From UHGV virus genome UHGV-0211740: DNA of 64,000 nt; one strand, given 5' to 3'. Positions 46,878 through 57,700 of this stretch are shown in pieces (within the stretch, counting starts at the first letter, position 1; each line of letters starts with the position of its first letter). Origin of the DNA: a virus. A program made the translations under genes and the position numbers. Below the pieces are notes generated by a model, which was not told where the DNA came from, ran no database searches, and saw only the letters and a list, made by a program, of their open reading frames with translations.

Positions 46878-47999
46878 ACACAATTCGAATGGGAGCAGAT
46901 AGACTATCTGATGTCTCGTTTGCGATCTCAGTCAAAGTATCCATCAAGAATGGTTATCAGCTGTAACCCCGACTCAGAGCATATGCTTGCCAAACTGGTT
47001 AGATGGTGGCTGGACGATGAAGGGTATCCAGATCCGGAGAAATGTGGCAAGAAAAGATATTTTATCCGGCGTGACGGTGAATTTATTTGGGGAGACTCTA
47101 AAGAGGAGTTGATAGAGAAATACACCACAGTTAATGGACTGGGTGTGGAGATCAAGCCAAGACCGTTGTCATTCTCGTTTATAGGCGCAACAATATTCGA
47201 TAATCCTGTCTGCTTGAGAGACAACCCAGAATACCTTGCTTTCCTTGAAGGTCTGCCAGAACTGGAAAAAGCTCAGCTTCTTCATGGTAACTGGTTTGCC
47301 AAACCTGAGGGTGCGAACTACTTTCAAAGATCTTTCCTTCGTGATGCCGACAGCGTACCTTTAGGGTCTGTGTCTTGCAGGGCATGGGATAAAGCTGGAA
47401 CTGAAAGAACTTCAGGTAATAAATTCCCTGACTTTACTGCCAGTGTCAAGGTAAGTAAAGATAGTGATGGATTCTACTACCTGTCAGGAGATTATTGTCC
47501 GGAGAACGTGGATGACGGGAGATATTCCACAGGTCTGGAAGGCAAGTTCTGTAAAAAGGCTGGCGAACGAGATGTGATCATCAGGAAACAGGCGCAGTTT
47601 GATGGTGATGATTGTATAATCGTATTCTCTGTGGACCCCGGTCAGGCAGGTAAGAGTGAGTTCTTAACCTCATCCAGATCCTTGCTCGCCGAAGGTTTCA
47701 GGGTTGAAGAAGACCCAATGCCTTCCAACAAATCTAAACTGACAAGGTTCTCACCTTTTGCCAATCTTGCCCAACAAGGGATGGTGAGGATTGTAAAATC
47801 CAGTTTCCATCCTGATACTTTGGAAGCATTTCTGACTGAACTTGAAAAGTTCAACGGGGAAAGATCAACATTTAACAGAAAAGACGACTGGGCCGACTGT
47901 GTAGCATCTGCGATTAATTTCCTGGAGAAAGAGGAGGTAGCACTGCCTTGTGTGATCCCATCAATATCATCACCTTCTATGTTTAAGCGTTTTATCTAA
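46878..47999 (+). CDS. terL: terminase large subunit, exon 2 (ATPase C-motif and nuclease domain); exon start approximate
   Basis: In-frame continuation with no stops from 46875; contains VISCNP coupling-motif-like segment and C-terminal nuclease-like acidic residues; possible splice acceptors after G at 46877, 46892, 46895 or 46898. Confidence 0.65.
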   Translation, partial: TQFEWEQIDYLMSRLRSQSKYPSRMVISCNPDSEHMLAKLVRWWLDDEGYPDPEKCGKKRYFIRRDGEFIWGDSKEELIEKYTTVNGLGVEIKPRPLSFSFIGATIFDNPVCLRDNPEYLAFLEGLPELEKAQLLHGNWFAKPEGANYFQRSFLRDADSVPLGSVSCRAWDKAGTERTSGNKFPDFTASVKVSKDSDGFYYLSGDYCPENVDDGRYSTGLEGKFCKKAGERDVIIRKQAQFDGDDCIIVFSVDPGQAGKSEFLTSSRSLLAEGFRVEEDPMPSNKSKLTRFSPFANLAQQGMVRIVKSSFHPDTLEAFLTELEKFNGERSTFNRKDDWADCVASAINFLEKEEVALPCVIPSISSPSMFKRFI

Positions 48000-48099
48000 G
48001 TGTTGCCAATCTTGATCAGATGTGGTACAATAGAGTAATTGGAGATACTAGCCCTCTGACGAGGGCTATTTTGTTATACTGTTTTGAGGGGTAAAGCTT

Positions 48100-49656
48100 G
48101 TGTCCAAAAAGAACCGCAGGAAACACAACGCCACAGCCAAAACTGTGAATAAATCTGGGAACGCAGGCGCACCAACTCATAATGTTCGTATGAGTGAGAT
48201 CGGTTCTGGCGCACTTTCCCAAATTATGGCAGAATCGCAATCTATGATGGTTGAGGAATTGCGTTGGCCTCAGCTGATTGCCACAGTGGAGACTATGAAA
48301 TGTGATTCCACAGTTGCTACTGCCTTAGATACAAAATATGTTTTCATCACGAAAGCATTTAATGATTTTAAGATCCTTTATAATGTTAAAAGTGAAGACT
48401 CTAAGAAAGCTGCCGAGCTTATAGAGTATTCTTTGCATAATTTGGCAAACCAACAAACTCTTCGAGATATTGCAAGAAGCGCAGCTACCTTTAACGAGTA
48501 TGGTTTTTCACTGTTTGAGAAAGTATACCGCAGAGAGAAAGAAGGTAAATACGCCGGGATGCTTCTTATTGATAAAATTGCATTCCGACCTCAGGCCAGT
48601 CTGTCCAGATCAGAGCCGTTTGTCTTTGACAAGAACAGTAGAACACTGACAGGTATTTATCAGTCACCTAATGCATTTCTAAACAATCAGAATGCACGCT
48701 GGGCTGGACCTCTTGCTGCAATGCCTTCAAAAGGCTTTAATGAGCCTGAAATTTTCATTCCTGCTAAAAAGCTTATGCTCATGACCCTGTCAGGAACAGA
48801 ATCTAATCCTGCAGGTGTGTCACCGATGATAGGTTGCTACAGATCTTTCCGTGAGAAAGTTCTGATTGAAAACCTTGAGGTTGTTGGCTGCTCCAAAGAC
48901 CTTGGTGGTGTGCTTGAGCTGAAAATTCCTTCCAATATTTTGAATAAGGCCAGTATTGACCCGAATTCGATGGAAGGGAGAATGGTTGCAGATCTGATGC
49001 TTGACGCAGCAAACGCCCACAGTGGTGAGCAAAGTTTCTTTATACTTCCGTCTGATAGGGATAAATCTGGTAAAGAGCTTTACTCTATGACCCTGAAGGG
49101 GGTTGATGGTATTGGTAAGCAGTATTCCACTAAAGATCTGATTGATGCCCGTAAGAAGGCGATTCTTGACCGTTTCGGTGCTGGCTTTATTAACCTCGGT
49201 AACGATAACGTTGGATCCTTCTCTCTGTCTGAGTCAAAACAATCTATCCATGGTCATTTTGTTCAGCGTGATATAGATATTATCACCGAGGCCTTCAATA
49301 AAGATCTTATTCCACAGCTTCTGGCATTGAATGGTATCATCCTTGAAGATGATGATATGCCTAAACTGAAACCCGGTCTGATTGAAGAAGTGGACATGGA
49401 GAGCTTCTCCAAGTTTGTCCAGAGGATCGGTGCTGTAGGTTACTTGCCAAAAACTCCTGCAGTAATTAATAAGATTCTTGAAGTAGGCGGGTTTGATGAA
49501 AGATTTGACGAGGACATGGATCAGGAAGAGCTGATGAAGCTCTTGGGCCAGGATATCAGCAGGGCTGGTGATGGAATGGCTGCAGGATCCACTGGAAACG
49601 GCACTTCTAAGATGTCATCAACCAGAGATAATTCCGTATCCAACATGGAAAATTAA
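48100..49656 (+). CDS. portal protein
   Basis: 518-aa ORF (GTG start) immediately downstream of terminase; size and position typical of portal. Confidence 0.65.
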   Translation: MSKKNRRKHNATAKTVNKSGNAGAPTHNVRMSEIGSGALSQIMAESQSMMVEELRWPQLIATVETMKCDSTVATALDTKYVFITKAFNDFKILYNVKSEDSKKAAELIEYSLHNLANQQTLRDIARSAATFNEYGFSLFEKVYRREKEGKYAGMLLIDKIAFRPQASLSRSEPFVFDKNSRTLTGIYQSPNAFLNNQNARWAGPLAAMPSKGFNEPEIFIPAKKLMLMTLSGTESNPAGVSPMIGCYRSFREKVLIENLEVVGCSKDLGGVLELKIPSNILNKASIDPNSMEGRMVADLMLDAANAHSGEQSFFILPSDRDKSGKELYSMTLKGVDGIGKQYSTKDLIDARKKAILDRFGAGFINLGNDNVGSFSLSESKQSIHGHFVQRDIDIITEAFNKDLIPQLLALNGIILEDDDMPKLKPGLIEEVDMESFSKFVQRIGAVGYLPKTPAVINKILEVGGFDERFDEDMDQEELMKLLGQDISRAGDGMAAGSTGNGTSKMSSTRDNSVSNMEN

Positions 49657-49724
49657 AAAATTATCAACACAGGGGGTTGCAAAACCTCCTTTGGCGTGAT
49701 AAAATAATCCACATGGGGAATAAG

Positions 49725-50144
49725 ATGCCACAGGAAGAAATGATTTCCTACGAAATCATCTACGAACCTGACACTAAAGATGCTCACGGTGAGTGGATGA
49801 GTAAAGACACCATCAAAAAGGCTAAAGACAACTGGGACGCAGCATACGCCGCAGGACTGGTTTCTGAAAACCTCTTTCACTTGACTTCTACAGATGCTTT
49901 CACTATTGAAAAAACGTGGATTCAAGAAGAGTTTGATGTTGTAGTAATTGGCACTGAGCAGGTCATCAAGGCTGGCTCTTGGGTTGCTAAAGTTAAATAC
50001 AATAATCCTGAGTTATGGGAAGCTAAGAAGGCTGGCATTGTTGGTGGCCTAAGTATTCAGGCAACTGGTAATGTTGATGAAGAAACTGGAGAGATCACCA
50101 ACGTAAATTTCGGGATCAGTGTTGTAGAAGAGGGCAATGAGTAA
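49725..50144 (+). CDS. head-module protein of unknown function
   Basis: Start refined to MPQEEM after a GGGG RBS; located between portal and scaffold. Confidence 0.4.
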   Translation: MPQEEMISYEIIYEPDTKDAHGEWMSKDTIKKAKDNWDAAYAAGLVSENLFHLTSTDAFTIEKTWIQEEFDVVVIGTEQVIKAGSWVAKVKYNNPELWEAKKAGIVGGLSIQATGNVDEETGEITNVNFGISVVEEGNE

Positions 50145-51124
50145 TGTCTGAAAAAACAATCACTATTAAAGAGAAAGGGATTGCCCTGTGCCATAAGGCG
50201 CAAGGCTATAGCGCTAACAATCGACCTGTATCTCTTTTAATGAAGAGCGATCTTCAGCCTGAGCAGTTGACAGAGGATATTGTTAAGGCTCTTCGCCAAG
50301 TCACTGTGGAGCTTAGTTTTGAAGAATACCTGCGTCGTTTCTTCGATATGTGGTATGACGATGCTAAGGCACTGGCTCACCTGCTCGGGTTCGAGATTGA
50401 GGAAGAAGCTTGGGCAAAAGAACACCCAGATTGGGAGTGGGCGCAGGCTGATGCAGAGGCTTGTGTGCAGTGGTTAGAAGAACGTTGTGACAACGTAACC
50501 ATTCACAAAGCTGCTAAAGAAGGTAAAGATTTAAGTATTGTTGACCAATACACTCTGTTAAAAACCCAACAAGTTTTTGAGCAGATGACCGCTGATCTCT
50601 TCGATGAAGAAGGGAAACTTATTAAAGCGGCACAGGAAACCACAGAAGAGGTTGTTACTGATGCTGTGGACAATGTTGATAAATCCGCAAATACCGAGGA
50701 GAATCCGGTGGAAGACGTAACCAAGTCTCAAGAGTACCTGGACCTGCTGAAACAGTTCGAAGAACTGAAGGCTACCAATGAAAAAGCTGAAGAAATCATC
50801 AAGGCTCAGGTAGAAGTTGAAAAAGCTAAAATGCTGGAAAAAGCTCAAGCGTTAAGCTTCGCTACTGAAGAAGATCACACAACTCTGGTCGAATTCATGC
50901 TGGACAAAGCTAATGCTTCTGTTGTTGCATTGCTGGAAAAAGCCCAAGCTCGTATTGCTGAACTGGAAGCTGAAGTTGAAAAAGCTAAAGATGAGTTCGC
51001 AACTACCGAGCAAGGCAAAGATGGTGATGTCGTAGTAGATGACATTGCTAAATCTGCTGAAGATATTATTGCTGAAAACGTCGCTAAAGCTCTGGCTCGT
51101 GCACGTAAAGAATCTAATAAATAA
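50144..51124 (+). CDS. putative scaffolding protein
   Basis: 326 aa, highly acidic, long coiled-coil stretch (AELEAEVEKAKDEF); position between portal and capsid genes. Confidence 0.5.
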   Translation: MSEKTITIKEKGIALCHKAQGYSANNRPVSLLMKSDLQPEQLTEDIVKALRQVTVELSFEEYLRRFFDMWYDDAKALAHLLGFEIEEEAWAKEHPDWEWAQADAEACVQWLEERCDNVTIHKAAKEGKDLSIVDQYTLLKTQQVFEQMTADLFDEEGKLIKAAQETTEEVVTDAVDNVDKSANTEENPVEDVTKSQEYLDLLKQFEELKATNEKAEEIIKAQVEVEKAKMLEKAQALSFATEEDHTTLVEFMLDKANASVVALLEKAQARIAELEAEVEKAKDEFATTEQGKDGDVVVDDIAKSAEDIIAENVAKALARARKESNK

Positions 51125-51142
51125 TTTGCGTAATAGGGGAAA

Positions 51143-51520
51143 ATGATGATCACCACTCAATATTCTGATATCGTGCTCGGCAAAGTAGATGCAAGCGATG
51201 CAGGTTTCAACTTTAAAGAGATTGAAATTACCCTTACTGCTGATCACGTTGCTGGCGCAGTAGTTACCAAAACTGGCACTCTGGCTAATCAAGATGGCAC
51301 AGATACCTTTGGTGTACTGGTTGACCGCGCTCTTCTGCCTGACGATTCTGGTAAAGTTAATCTGGCAGAGCCTCTGAAAGTTGGCGAGAAGTATAAACTG
51401 GTTGTTGCTGTTCGTGGCGTTACTTTCGCTAAAAAACATCTGAAAGTGGCTGGCGGTACGGCTGCACCTGCTGCAGTTCTGGAAGCTCTCGAAGCCAAAG
51501 GCAACAAAGTTCAGGAATAA
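51143..51520 (+). CDS. putative head decoration protein
   Basis: 125 aa directly upstream of the major capsid gene, as for lambda gpD; host-optimised codon usage. Confidence 0.45.
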   Translation: MMITTQYSDIVLGKVDASDAGFNFKEIEITLTADHVAGAVVTKTGTLANQDGTDTFGVLVDRALLPDDSGKVNLAEPLKVGEKYKLVVAVRGVTFAKKHLKVAGGTAAPAAVLEALEAKGNKVQE

Positions 51521-51555
51521 TCCTAGATCTTTGGGAAACAAAATTTTAAAGTTAT

Positions 51556-52569
51556 TTGGAGAAAATAATGCGTAAAGATGATTTTGGTATTGTTGATTTA
51601 GGTGCTACTCTTGAACTGGTTCCGCGCCAATATCGCCTGATTACTGGTATGGATCTGTTTGAAACCCATCTCGGCACCTCAACAATTGCACAGATCGAAC
51701 GTGTTGATGAGGTGGTTGGTGATATTGCCGCTCGTCGTCGTGGTGGTGAACGTAACTACGTTGATAGCGAACGTTCACAGATCAAAAACCTGAACATCCC
51801 GTTCTTCCCACTGGATAAGGGAATCACTGCTGCGGACGTTCAGAACTTCCGTCGCTACTTCACTCCGGATGCACCGAAAACTGTGCAAGACGTGGTTACT
51901 CGTGTAGTTCGTCGTATTCGTCTGAGCCACGAAACCTTGCGTGAAAAAGCTCTTTTTGCTGCAGTTCTGGGTAAATCCTATGCACCTGGTGATGCAACCT
52001 GTCAGTATGACTATTACAAACTGTGGGGCGTTTCCCAGAAATCTATCGAAATCGATCCTAAAAATGCAGCACAGGACCCGATGGAAGTAATCGAAGATGC
52101 ACGTCTGCACATTGCTCTGCAGGCTGGTGACAACGCTGGTGCTTACAACATCATCGCGCTGTGCTCTCCGAAATTCTTCTCTGCACTGGTTCATCATCCG
52201 CTGGTAGAGCTGGCTTACACCTACTACAGCTCTTCTCAGGAACCGCTGCGTCGTCGTCTGGGTGCAGGTGGCGAACAGAGCATTTACCGTGTGTTTGAAC
52301 ACAAAGGCATGACCTTCATCGAAGACATCTCTGGCAACATTCCGGACGGTGAGGCTCGCCTGATGCCTATGGGTATTGACCAGATGTTCCAGCTGCACTT
52401 TGCTCCTGCTGACACTGTGGAAGATGCAAATACCCCAGCTCAAGAACTGTATATGTGGTATAAACACTCTGCCTACCTGAGAGAACAGAAAATCGAATCT
52501 GAAACCTCTATGCTGGCAGTTAACACCCGTCCAGAGCTGGTTGTTAAAGCAACTCTGAAAAGTGAATAA
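51556..52569 (+). CDS. major capsid protein
   Basis: 337 aa, highest GC and strongest codon bias in the window, followed by a strong terminator; position in head module. Confidence 0.6.
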   Translation: MEKIMRKDDFGIVDLGATLELVPRQYRLITGMDLFETHLGTSTIAQIERVDEVVGDIAARRRGGERNYVDSERSQIKNLNIPFFPLDKGITAADVQNFRRYFTPDAPKTVQDVVTRVVRRIRLSHETLREKALFAAVLGKSYAPGDATCQYDYYKLWGVSQKSIEIDPKNAAQDPMEVIEDARLHIALQAGDNAGAYNIIALCSPKFFSALVHHPLVELAYTYYSSSQEPLRRRLGAGGEQSIYRVFEHKGMTFIEDISGNIPDGEARLMPMGIDQMFQLHFAPADTVEDANTPAQELYMWYKHSAYLREQKIESETSMLAVNTRPELVVKATLKSE

Positions 52570-52593
52570 TCACTAAGGTGATTCATCCCATAT

Positions 52594-52624
52594 GGGGAGG
52601 GGGTTCTCCCCTCCCCTTTTTATT
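52594..52624 (+). terminator. rho-independent terminator
   Basis: GGGGAGGGGG-TTCT-CCCCTCCCC hairpin followed by TTTTTATTT. Confidence 0.6.
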
Positions 52625-52649
52625 TATTAGGGTTTAACAGGAGTGTCCC

Positions 52650-53492
52650 GTGAAGAGAGCCGTATATCCAGTCGAGTATGATCCTCTATTAAGAGTTTTC
52701 AATAACCAGTTAAGTTTTTATCAATTTTTAGCACAATATAACCCAGAAATCAATGTTGGTTTATCAGCCCTGCTGCCACCAACAGAATTCGTTATTGGCA
52801 GTGTTCATTACCCGTGCAGAACAATTGTAGACTTCTTCAAGAAGATTGCAAAACATACGGGCCTGCCAATCGATACTGGTATTTCAACTATCCGTATGGG
52901 TGTTATTCTTCTGTTCTTCACAGAGAACCTTGATGAAAGCACTTTAACACTGCAAAGCGGTGATGTCAATATCACACTCACCCCGTCAGTCTTTAAAGAA
53001 GTAGATGCTGCTTTCAAGGTTTCCGTGGCAGAAGGTTATCTGTGGGATCCTGAAGGGATGCCTAAAAAAGTGACCATAAACGATGAGCAATGCGATGTTG
53101 TTTATGCAGCTGATACCCAAACTTTCACCATTGAGTGGCCTAAGAAACGTTCTCAGGTTGTAAATCTTGGTTTGACCTCTACAGTGGCACCGGAACCAGC
53201 TCCACCTGTGCCGCCTGTAGGTCCTACTGAACCTGGTGGTGGTGAAGAATCCCAAGGTCCGACTGTACCGGAGGAAGGCACTGAGCAGGATCCTGAACAG
53301 GCACAAGAATCAAGATCTTCTCGTAGTGATGTTGATGCCGTGCTACAGCAGGCCGCAGCTCTTAACAACGAAGATGACAAAAGTGGTTCAAAAGATGCAC
53401 TCCAAACCTTCGCCAAAGAGCACGGTGTTACCTTAAGTAAGGCAAAAACTTTCCAAAATATGATGAAAGATTTTGAGGCTGCACTGGCATAA
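52650..53492 (+). CDS. hypothetical structural protein
   Basis: 280 aa with Pro/Glu-rich linker; head-tail joining region. Confidence 0.4.
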   Translation: MKRAVYPVEYDPLLRVFNNQLSFYQFLAQYNPEINVGLSALLPPTEFVIGSVHYPCRTIVDFFKKIAKHTGLPIDTGISTIRMGVILLFFTENLDESTLTLQSGDVNITLTPSVFKEVDAAFKVSVAEGYLWDPEGMPKKVTINDEQCDVVYAADTQTFTIEWPKKRSQVVNLGLTSTVAPEPAPPVPPVGPTEPGGGEESQGPTVPEEGTEQDPEQAQESRSSRSDVDAVLQQAAALNNEDDKSGSKDALQTFAKEHGVTLSKAKTFQNMMKDFEAALA

Positions 53493-53551
53493 TTTTGTTA
53501 AGGCCCCTTCCAAATCAGGAATGGGGCTTTATTTTTATGAGGTATTTTCAA

Positions 53552-54172
53552 ATGGCATGGTATGAAGATGAAGAGATTATCCCGTCCCCTCCTAACCATG
53601 ATGGTGTAGTCGATACCCCAGAAGATCCACCAAAAGAAGATCCTGTGCCTCCAGAACCTGATCCGGACCAACCTCTTATTGATATTATGAGGTTATTGCT
53701 TGGCAATGTTGATGAGGAAACACTACCCGATGAGGTAATTAAAACATTCCTCGACATGGAGAAGCTGAAACTAAATTACCCGGCAAACCCTGATAAGCTA
53801 CCTCTGCTTAAGTACAATGTGCTTGTGCAGCTTGTGCGGTGGCTGATGATGCAAGAAGTGTCCAGCGGTAATGCAAGTATAACTTCCCGTCTGGAAAAAA
53901 TAGGTGATGAGACCATAGAGATTCGTGGTGGATCTTCCTACGCCCAGTGGAAAGATTTCCTTGATTGGCTGCTGGCACACCCCGACTATGTAGATTCTGA
54001 TCTGGATGCTTATAGCAGAATGATCATTATCGGTGGTGTTCGTGTAGACGAAGGAGTTCGGGTTAAATTTAATGAAAACAGTAACGGCCCGTTCGATGTT
54101 CAGGGGATTACACCTATTAGTGGTCTAAATAATCAACCTCCTCGCCACCCAAGACGCAAACGCAGTTTTTAA
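53552..54172 (+). CDS. hypothetical structural protein
   Basis: Start refined to the internal ATG (MAWYEDEE) downstream of a hairpin. Confidence 0.4.
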   Translation: MAWYEDEEIIPSPPNHDGVVDTPEDPPKEDPVPPEPDPDQPLIDIMRLLLGNVDEETLPDEVIKTFLDMEKLKLNYPANPDKLPLLKYNVLVQLVRWLMMQEVSSGNASITSRLEKIGDETIEIRGGSSYAQWKDFLDWLLAHPDYVDSDLDAYSRMIIIGGVRVDEGVRVKFNENSNGPFDVQGITPISGLNNQPPRHPRRKRSF

Positions 54173-54226
54173 AAATTGTTGCTTTTGATGCATCTTTGTG
54201 GTAAAATACATTAGTGAGGAATAATA

Positions 54227-54691
54227 ATGCTAAAGGTTAAATGTCAAACAAGGTTCAACCTAAAGCGTTTAGATCGCTTTTACAAAGAACTTGTGAAACT
54301 TGAGAGCAAAACAATAACCTACGGCTTTTATGACGAACCTCACCCTTCGGGCTTAAATATGGCGACATTGGCAGCTATTCACAACTTCGGTTGGAACGGG
54401 CTGCCTGTTCGCAATTTTATGGAGACAGCCTTTGCATTTCACAGCACTCAGCTGCAGACCTTAACAGAAAAATTGTTGAGAGCTATGGCTAGAGGGTCAA
54501 ATGCAGAGGCCATTCTTAGGCAGATGGGGGATACAGGGGCCAAAGCTATCCAGTTTGTTATTGAGGCTGGGCAGTTTAGTAATCCTACGGTTAGTGAGCA
54601 GTGGGCACAAGAGAAGGGCTTCAACGAAGCTATGCGGCATTATGATGTGCTGCTTGAATCTGCAACCTTTAAAATTGGACAGCAAAAATAA
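54227..54691 (+). CDS. putative head-tail connector/neck protein
   Basis: 154-aa ORF in neck region. Confidence 0.4.
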   Translation: MLKVKCQTRFNLKRLDRFYKELVKLESKTITYGFYDEPHPSGLNMATLAAIHNFGWNGLPVRNFMETAFAFHSTQLQTLTEKLLRAMARGSNAEAILRQMGDTGAKAIQFVIEAGQFSNPTVSEQWAQEKGFNEAMRHYDVLLESATFKIGQQK

Positions 54692-54700
54692 GGGGGTTGA

Positions 54701-55126
54701 GTGGCAGCAGGTTATAGGCTGATAGGAAAGAACAGGCTAATACCTCGTAAAACATTCAAAGGTCGCCACAGAGTGTATAACAAAACAATTGGTGGGCCTT
54801 TTGTCAACGAGGGGTTAGAACTTGAATATGAAGAGTTTGATGTCTTAGAGTGTGTTGTGCAGCCGTTGACAGGAAGGGCAGCTAAAGATTACTCCTCTCA
54901 AATAAACCCTGAGGGTGACAGACAGTATGAGGCTTTTACAGTTTACTCATCAACCAAGTTGTATAGTCCGGATGAAGGAACGTATGCAATGGCTGATCAA
55001 ATTCAACTGCCTGACATACGTGGTGACTTGAAATGGTTTACCGTTTTAAAGTGTGATGCATATGTCACGTCTGGTGGGGGAAGATATAGATTTTTTGTGG
55101 TAGAAGAGCCTGAAGGAGAAAACTAA
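54701..55126 (+). CDS. putative neck or tail completion protein
   Basis: 141-aa ORF. Confidence 0.4.
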   Translation: MAAGYRLIGKNRLIPRKTFKGRHRVYNKTIGGPFVNEGLELEYEEFDVLECVVQPLTGRAAKDYSSQINPEGDRQYEAFTVYSSTKLYSPDEGTYAMADQIQLPDIRGDLKWFTVLKCDAYVTSGGGRYRFFVVEEPEGEN

Positions 55127-55677
55127 TGGAAGCTTTCGAAAAAGTTTTTTCTGATCTTGAAACCACTATTGCTAAACTCGTCAAGGTTGCTACAGGAAGA
55201 ACTGTGGTTCTGGCAGAAAGTTCTACCATACCGAAGCCGGAAGGTGAGTTTGTACTTTTACAAACATTGGCGATCAATCCTACCACTTGGGAAGACAATG
55301 AGTTTCAAGATGCGGAGGGTAATGCTTACGTCACCCACAGTTACACTGTTACTTATCTGTTAACAGCTTATCGTGGCAGGGCATATGCTGCACTGAGTAG
55401 AGTACTGCAAGCAATCAATCTCCCAATGTTTTATGACAAGTATTTCCCTCTGGGATCGTGCTTTGCCTACTCTAACAATTCAACAATCTCACCTCAAAGG
55501 GTGCCGTTGAATAAGCAGACGTATGAAAATAGAGCCACTGTAATGTTGACATTTAACGTAAGGTTTGTTGAGACAGACATTGGGGCTTTTGAAGATCTCC
55601 AGGGAATCAAGGCTGAAGTAACCACACATTTCCCTTCACCCGATGCTGGTCAAGCGGTTACAGACAGCGGTCAGTAA
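55126..55677 (+). CDS. putative tail terminator or completion protein
   Basis: 183-aa ORF immediately upstream of the major tail gene. Confidence 0.4.
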   Translation: MEAFEKVFSDLETTIAKLVKVATGRTVVLAESSTIPKPEGEFVLLQTLAINPTTWEDNEFQDAEGNAYVTHSYTVTYLLTAYRGRAYAALSRVLQAINLPMFYDKYFPLGSCFAYSNNSTISPQRVPLNKQTYENRATVMLTFNVRFVETDIGAFEDLQGIKAEVTTHFPSPDAGQAVTDSGQ

Positions 55678-55749
55678 TCGTTATAATTGTGTAGTGTAAT
55701 GATTACACTGCGTGTTTGATATCCGTGCACAGATATTAAGAGGAAACAA

Positions 55750-57126
55750 ATGCCATATTTAGATAAAGTGGTAGATGTTACAGTTAACCTCGGAACCCAG
55801 CCTATTGACACTGTAGGTTTCGAAACTCCCCTGTTCATCGCTATCCACAATAACTTTACTGAGCGAGCTCGCGTATATGCTGAGCTGGACCAGATGGTGG
55901 AAGATGGTTTCGCACAAGGCTCTGCAGCATATGAGTTTGCAGCAAAAGCTTTTGGTGGTGTATTCCCTCCACAATATGTTATGATCGGCAGACAAGCCAA
56001 AGAAAAAACCACTGTAGATTTTAAAGGTATTGCTGCCGCAGCCGATACCGATGTCGTAATGACTATTGCAAAAGGTGACTACAATACTGCCTTGATAGTC
56101 CCTGTTTCTGGTGGAACAGCTGCAACTCAGATTGCAGAATCAATGAAGACCAAAATTGAAGCAGATGATAGCTTGAACGATATCACTGTAGTGGCTTCTG
56201 AAGGTGTTCTCACCATCACTGGTGACTGCACTGTTGGTTATCATACTGGTAACTATACCATTAAGAATGTCCCTAATGCTGAAAAACCTTCTACAGTAAT
56301 TGACAAGATCAATGCTGAGCGAGACAATTGGTACTTCCTGTGCCATGAAGACCACACTGACATTGAAGCGTGTGCTAAGTGGGCTCAGGCTAACTACAAG
56401 TTGCATGTCTACTCTACTTCAGAAGATGTAACTGGTAAAGACAGCAACATCGCCGCTAAACTGAAAGCTGCAAAATATGACAGTGTTGGTATGTACGACC
56501 CTCGCGCCGACAAAGACTTCCCAGAGGGCGGTATTATCGGTGCTATGGCATCCAACGACCCATCTTACGGCGACAGCTTACACTTAAAACAGATGCCTGG
56601 TGTGCTTGCACCATCACTGACATTGACCCAGCGCATGGCGATTTGGGAGAACAACATTAACTTCTACAGAACAATCAACGGTGTTGGTGCTTTCTGGGAA
56701 GGTAAATGTGCCTCTGGTCAGTATGCAGATGCTATCCGCTTCGCTCACTGGATTAAGTTTAGATCTGAAGAGTCCATGTTCGGATATATGCACCGCCGCT
56801 CTAATATGGGCCTGAGCATGAAGATGTCTGATGATGATCTGCCAGTTATCAAGTCTGTTCTGATGAACAACCCGATCAATACGGGCATTAAGAACGGTGC
56901 GATCCTGACAGGTTTTGACGAAGACAATAATGTATTCTACGACCCGATCATTACAGTTCCAAAACGTGCAGAAATCCCGACCAACCAGTTGGCTGCTCGT
57001 GTTCTGGAAGGTGTGAAAGTAGAACTGGTGTATAACAACGCTCTGCACTTCGTTCGTATCCGGATCAACGTTCTTCTGGACAAAGTTGGTTCTAAATCCA
57101 CCAATGCTGTTGCAATGACTGAATAA
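55750..57126 (+). CDS. major tail protein (tail sheath likely; sipho-type tube not excluded)
   Basis: 458 aa, followed by a 157-aa tube-like protein, a frameshifted chaperone pair and the tape measure gene. Confidence 0.5.
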   Translation: MPYLDKVVDVTVNLGTQPIDTVGFETPLFIAIHNNFTERARVYAELDQMVEDGFAQGSAAYEFAAKAFGGVFPPQYVMIGRQAKEKTTVDFKGIAAAADTDVVMTIAKGDYNTALIVPVSGGTAATQIAESMKTKIEADDSLNDITVVASEGVLTITGDCTVGYHTGNYTIKNVPNAEKPSTVIDKINAERDNWYFLCHEDHTDIEACAKWAQANYKLHVYSTSEDVTGKDSNIAAKLKAAKYDSVGMYDPRADKDFPEGGIIGAMASNDPSYGDSLHLKQMPGVLAPSLTLTQRMAIWENNINFYRTINGVGAFWEGKCASGQYADAIRFAHWIKFRSEESMFGYMHRRSNMGLSMKMSDDDLPVIKSVLMNNPINTGIKNGAILTGFDEDNNVFYDPIITVPKRAEIPTNQLAARVLEGVKVELVYNNALHFVRIRINVLLDKVGSKSTNAVAMTE

Positions 57127-57136
57127 GGAATACTAG

Positions 57137-57610
57137 ATGGAAACTCAAATTTTAACTCCTTATGCGTATGACCCTAAAAAGGTCAAACTGTATCTGATGC
57201 AGCAGCGTGTCACTGGCTTCGCTGCTGACACCAAGATCGTTGTTTCAAGAAATGAAGACAACATCTACCCTCACGTCGGTGTGGATGGCGAAATGTCTGC
57301 GGCTCTGTCTCGTAACCAATCCGGTGTTATGACTGTATCTTTGCAGAACACTTCTGTATGGAACGCCTACCTTTCTGACTGGCAGAAACAGGCATCAATC
57401 ACTGGTCTGGTATTCTTCCCGGTTCTGTTGGAAGGTAGCCAGGGTCCTGGTATTGCCACAATCGGTTGGATCCAGAAACAGCCCGACCTGACTTATGGAA
57501 CCGAAGTAGGTCAGCTGGACTGGGATATCGGTATCCTGGATGCATGGCTCAACCGTGACAACATCACTGGTGCTCTCACTGGCCTCGCAGGTCTTGCAGG
57601 TATTATCTAA
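57137..57610 (+). CDS. putative tail tube protein
   Basis: 157-aa ORF between the major tail gene and the chaperone genes. Confidence 0.45.
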   Translation: METQILTPYAYDPKKVKLYLMQQRVTGFAADTKIVVSRNEDNIYPHVGVDGEMSAALSRNQSGVMTVSLQNTSVWNAYLSDWQKQASITGLVFFPVLLEGSQGPGIATIGWIQKQPDLTYGTEVGQLDWDIGILDAWLNRDNITGALTGLAGLAGII

Positions 57611-57627
57611 GAGCACACTTCAGCATA

Positions 57628-57658
57628 AGCCTCACCTTCAGGTGGGGCTTTTTGCTTT
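57628..57658 (+). terminator. rho-independent terminator
   Basis: AGCCTCACC-TTCA-GGTGGGGCT hairpin then TTTTTGCTTTT. Confidence 0.5.
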
Positions 57659-57700
57659 TATGGTTCTGACACACGTTCTTGAATTGCTTGAAAGGTTAAA

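Noticed and set aside
50852-51541. 229-aa minus-strand ORF antisense to the scaffold and decoration genes
   Set aside because: Shadow ORF of strongly codon-biased plus-strand genes; Phe/Ser/Cys-rich implausible protein.
51775-52467. 230-aa minus-strand ORF antisense to the major capsid gene
   Set aside because: Antisense shadow ORF within the most strongly codon-optimised gene in the window.
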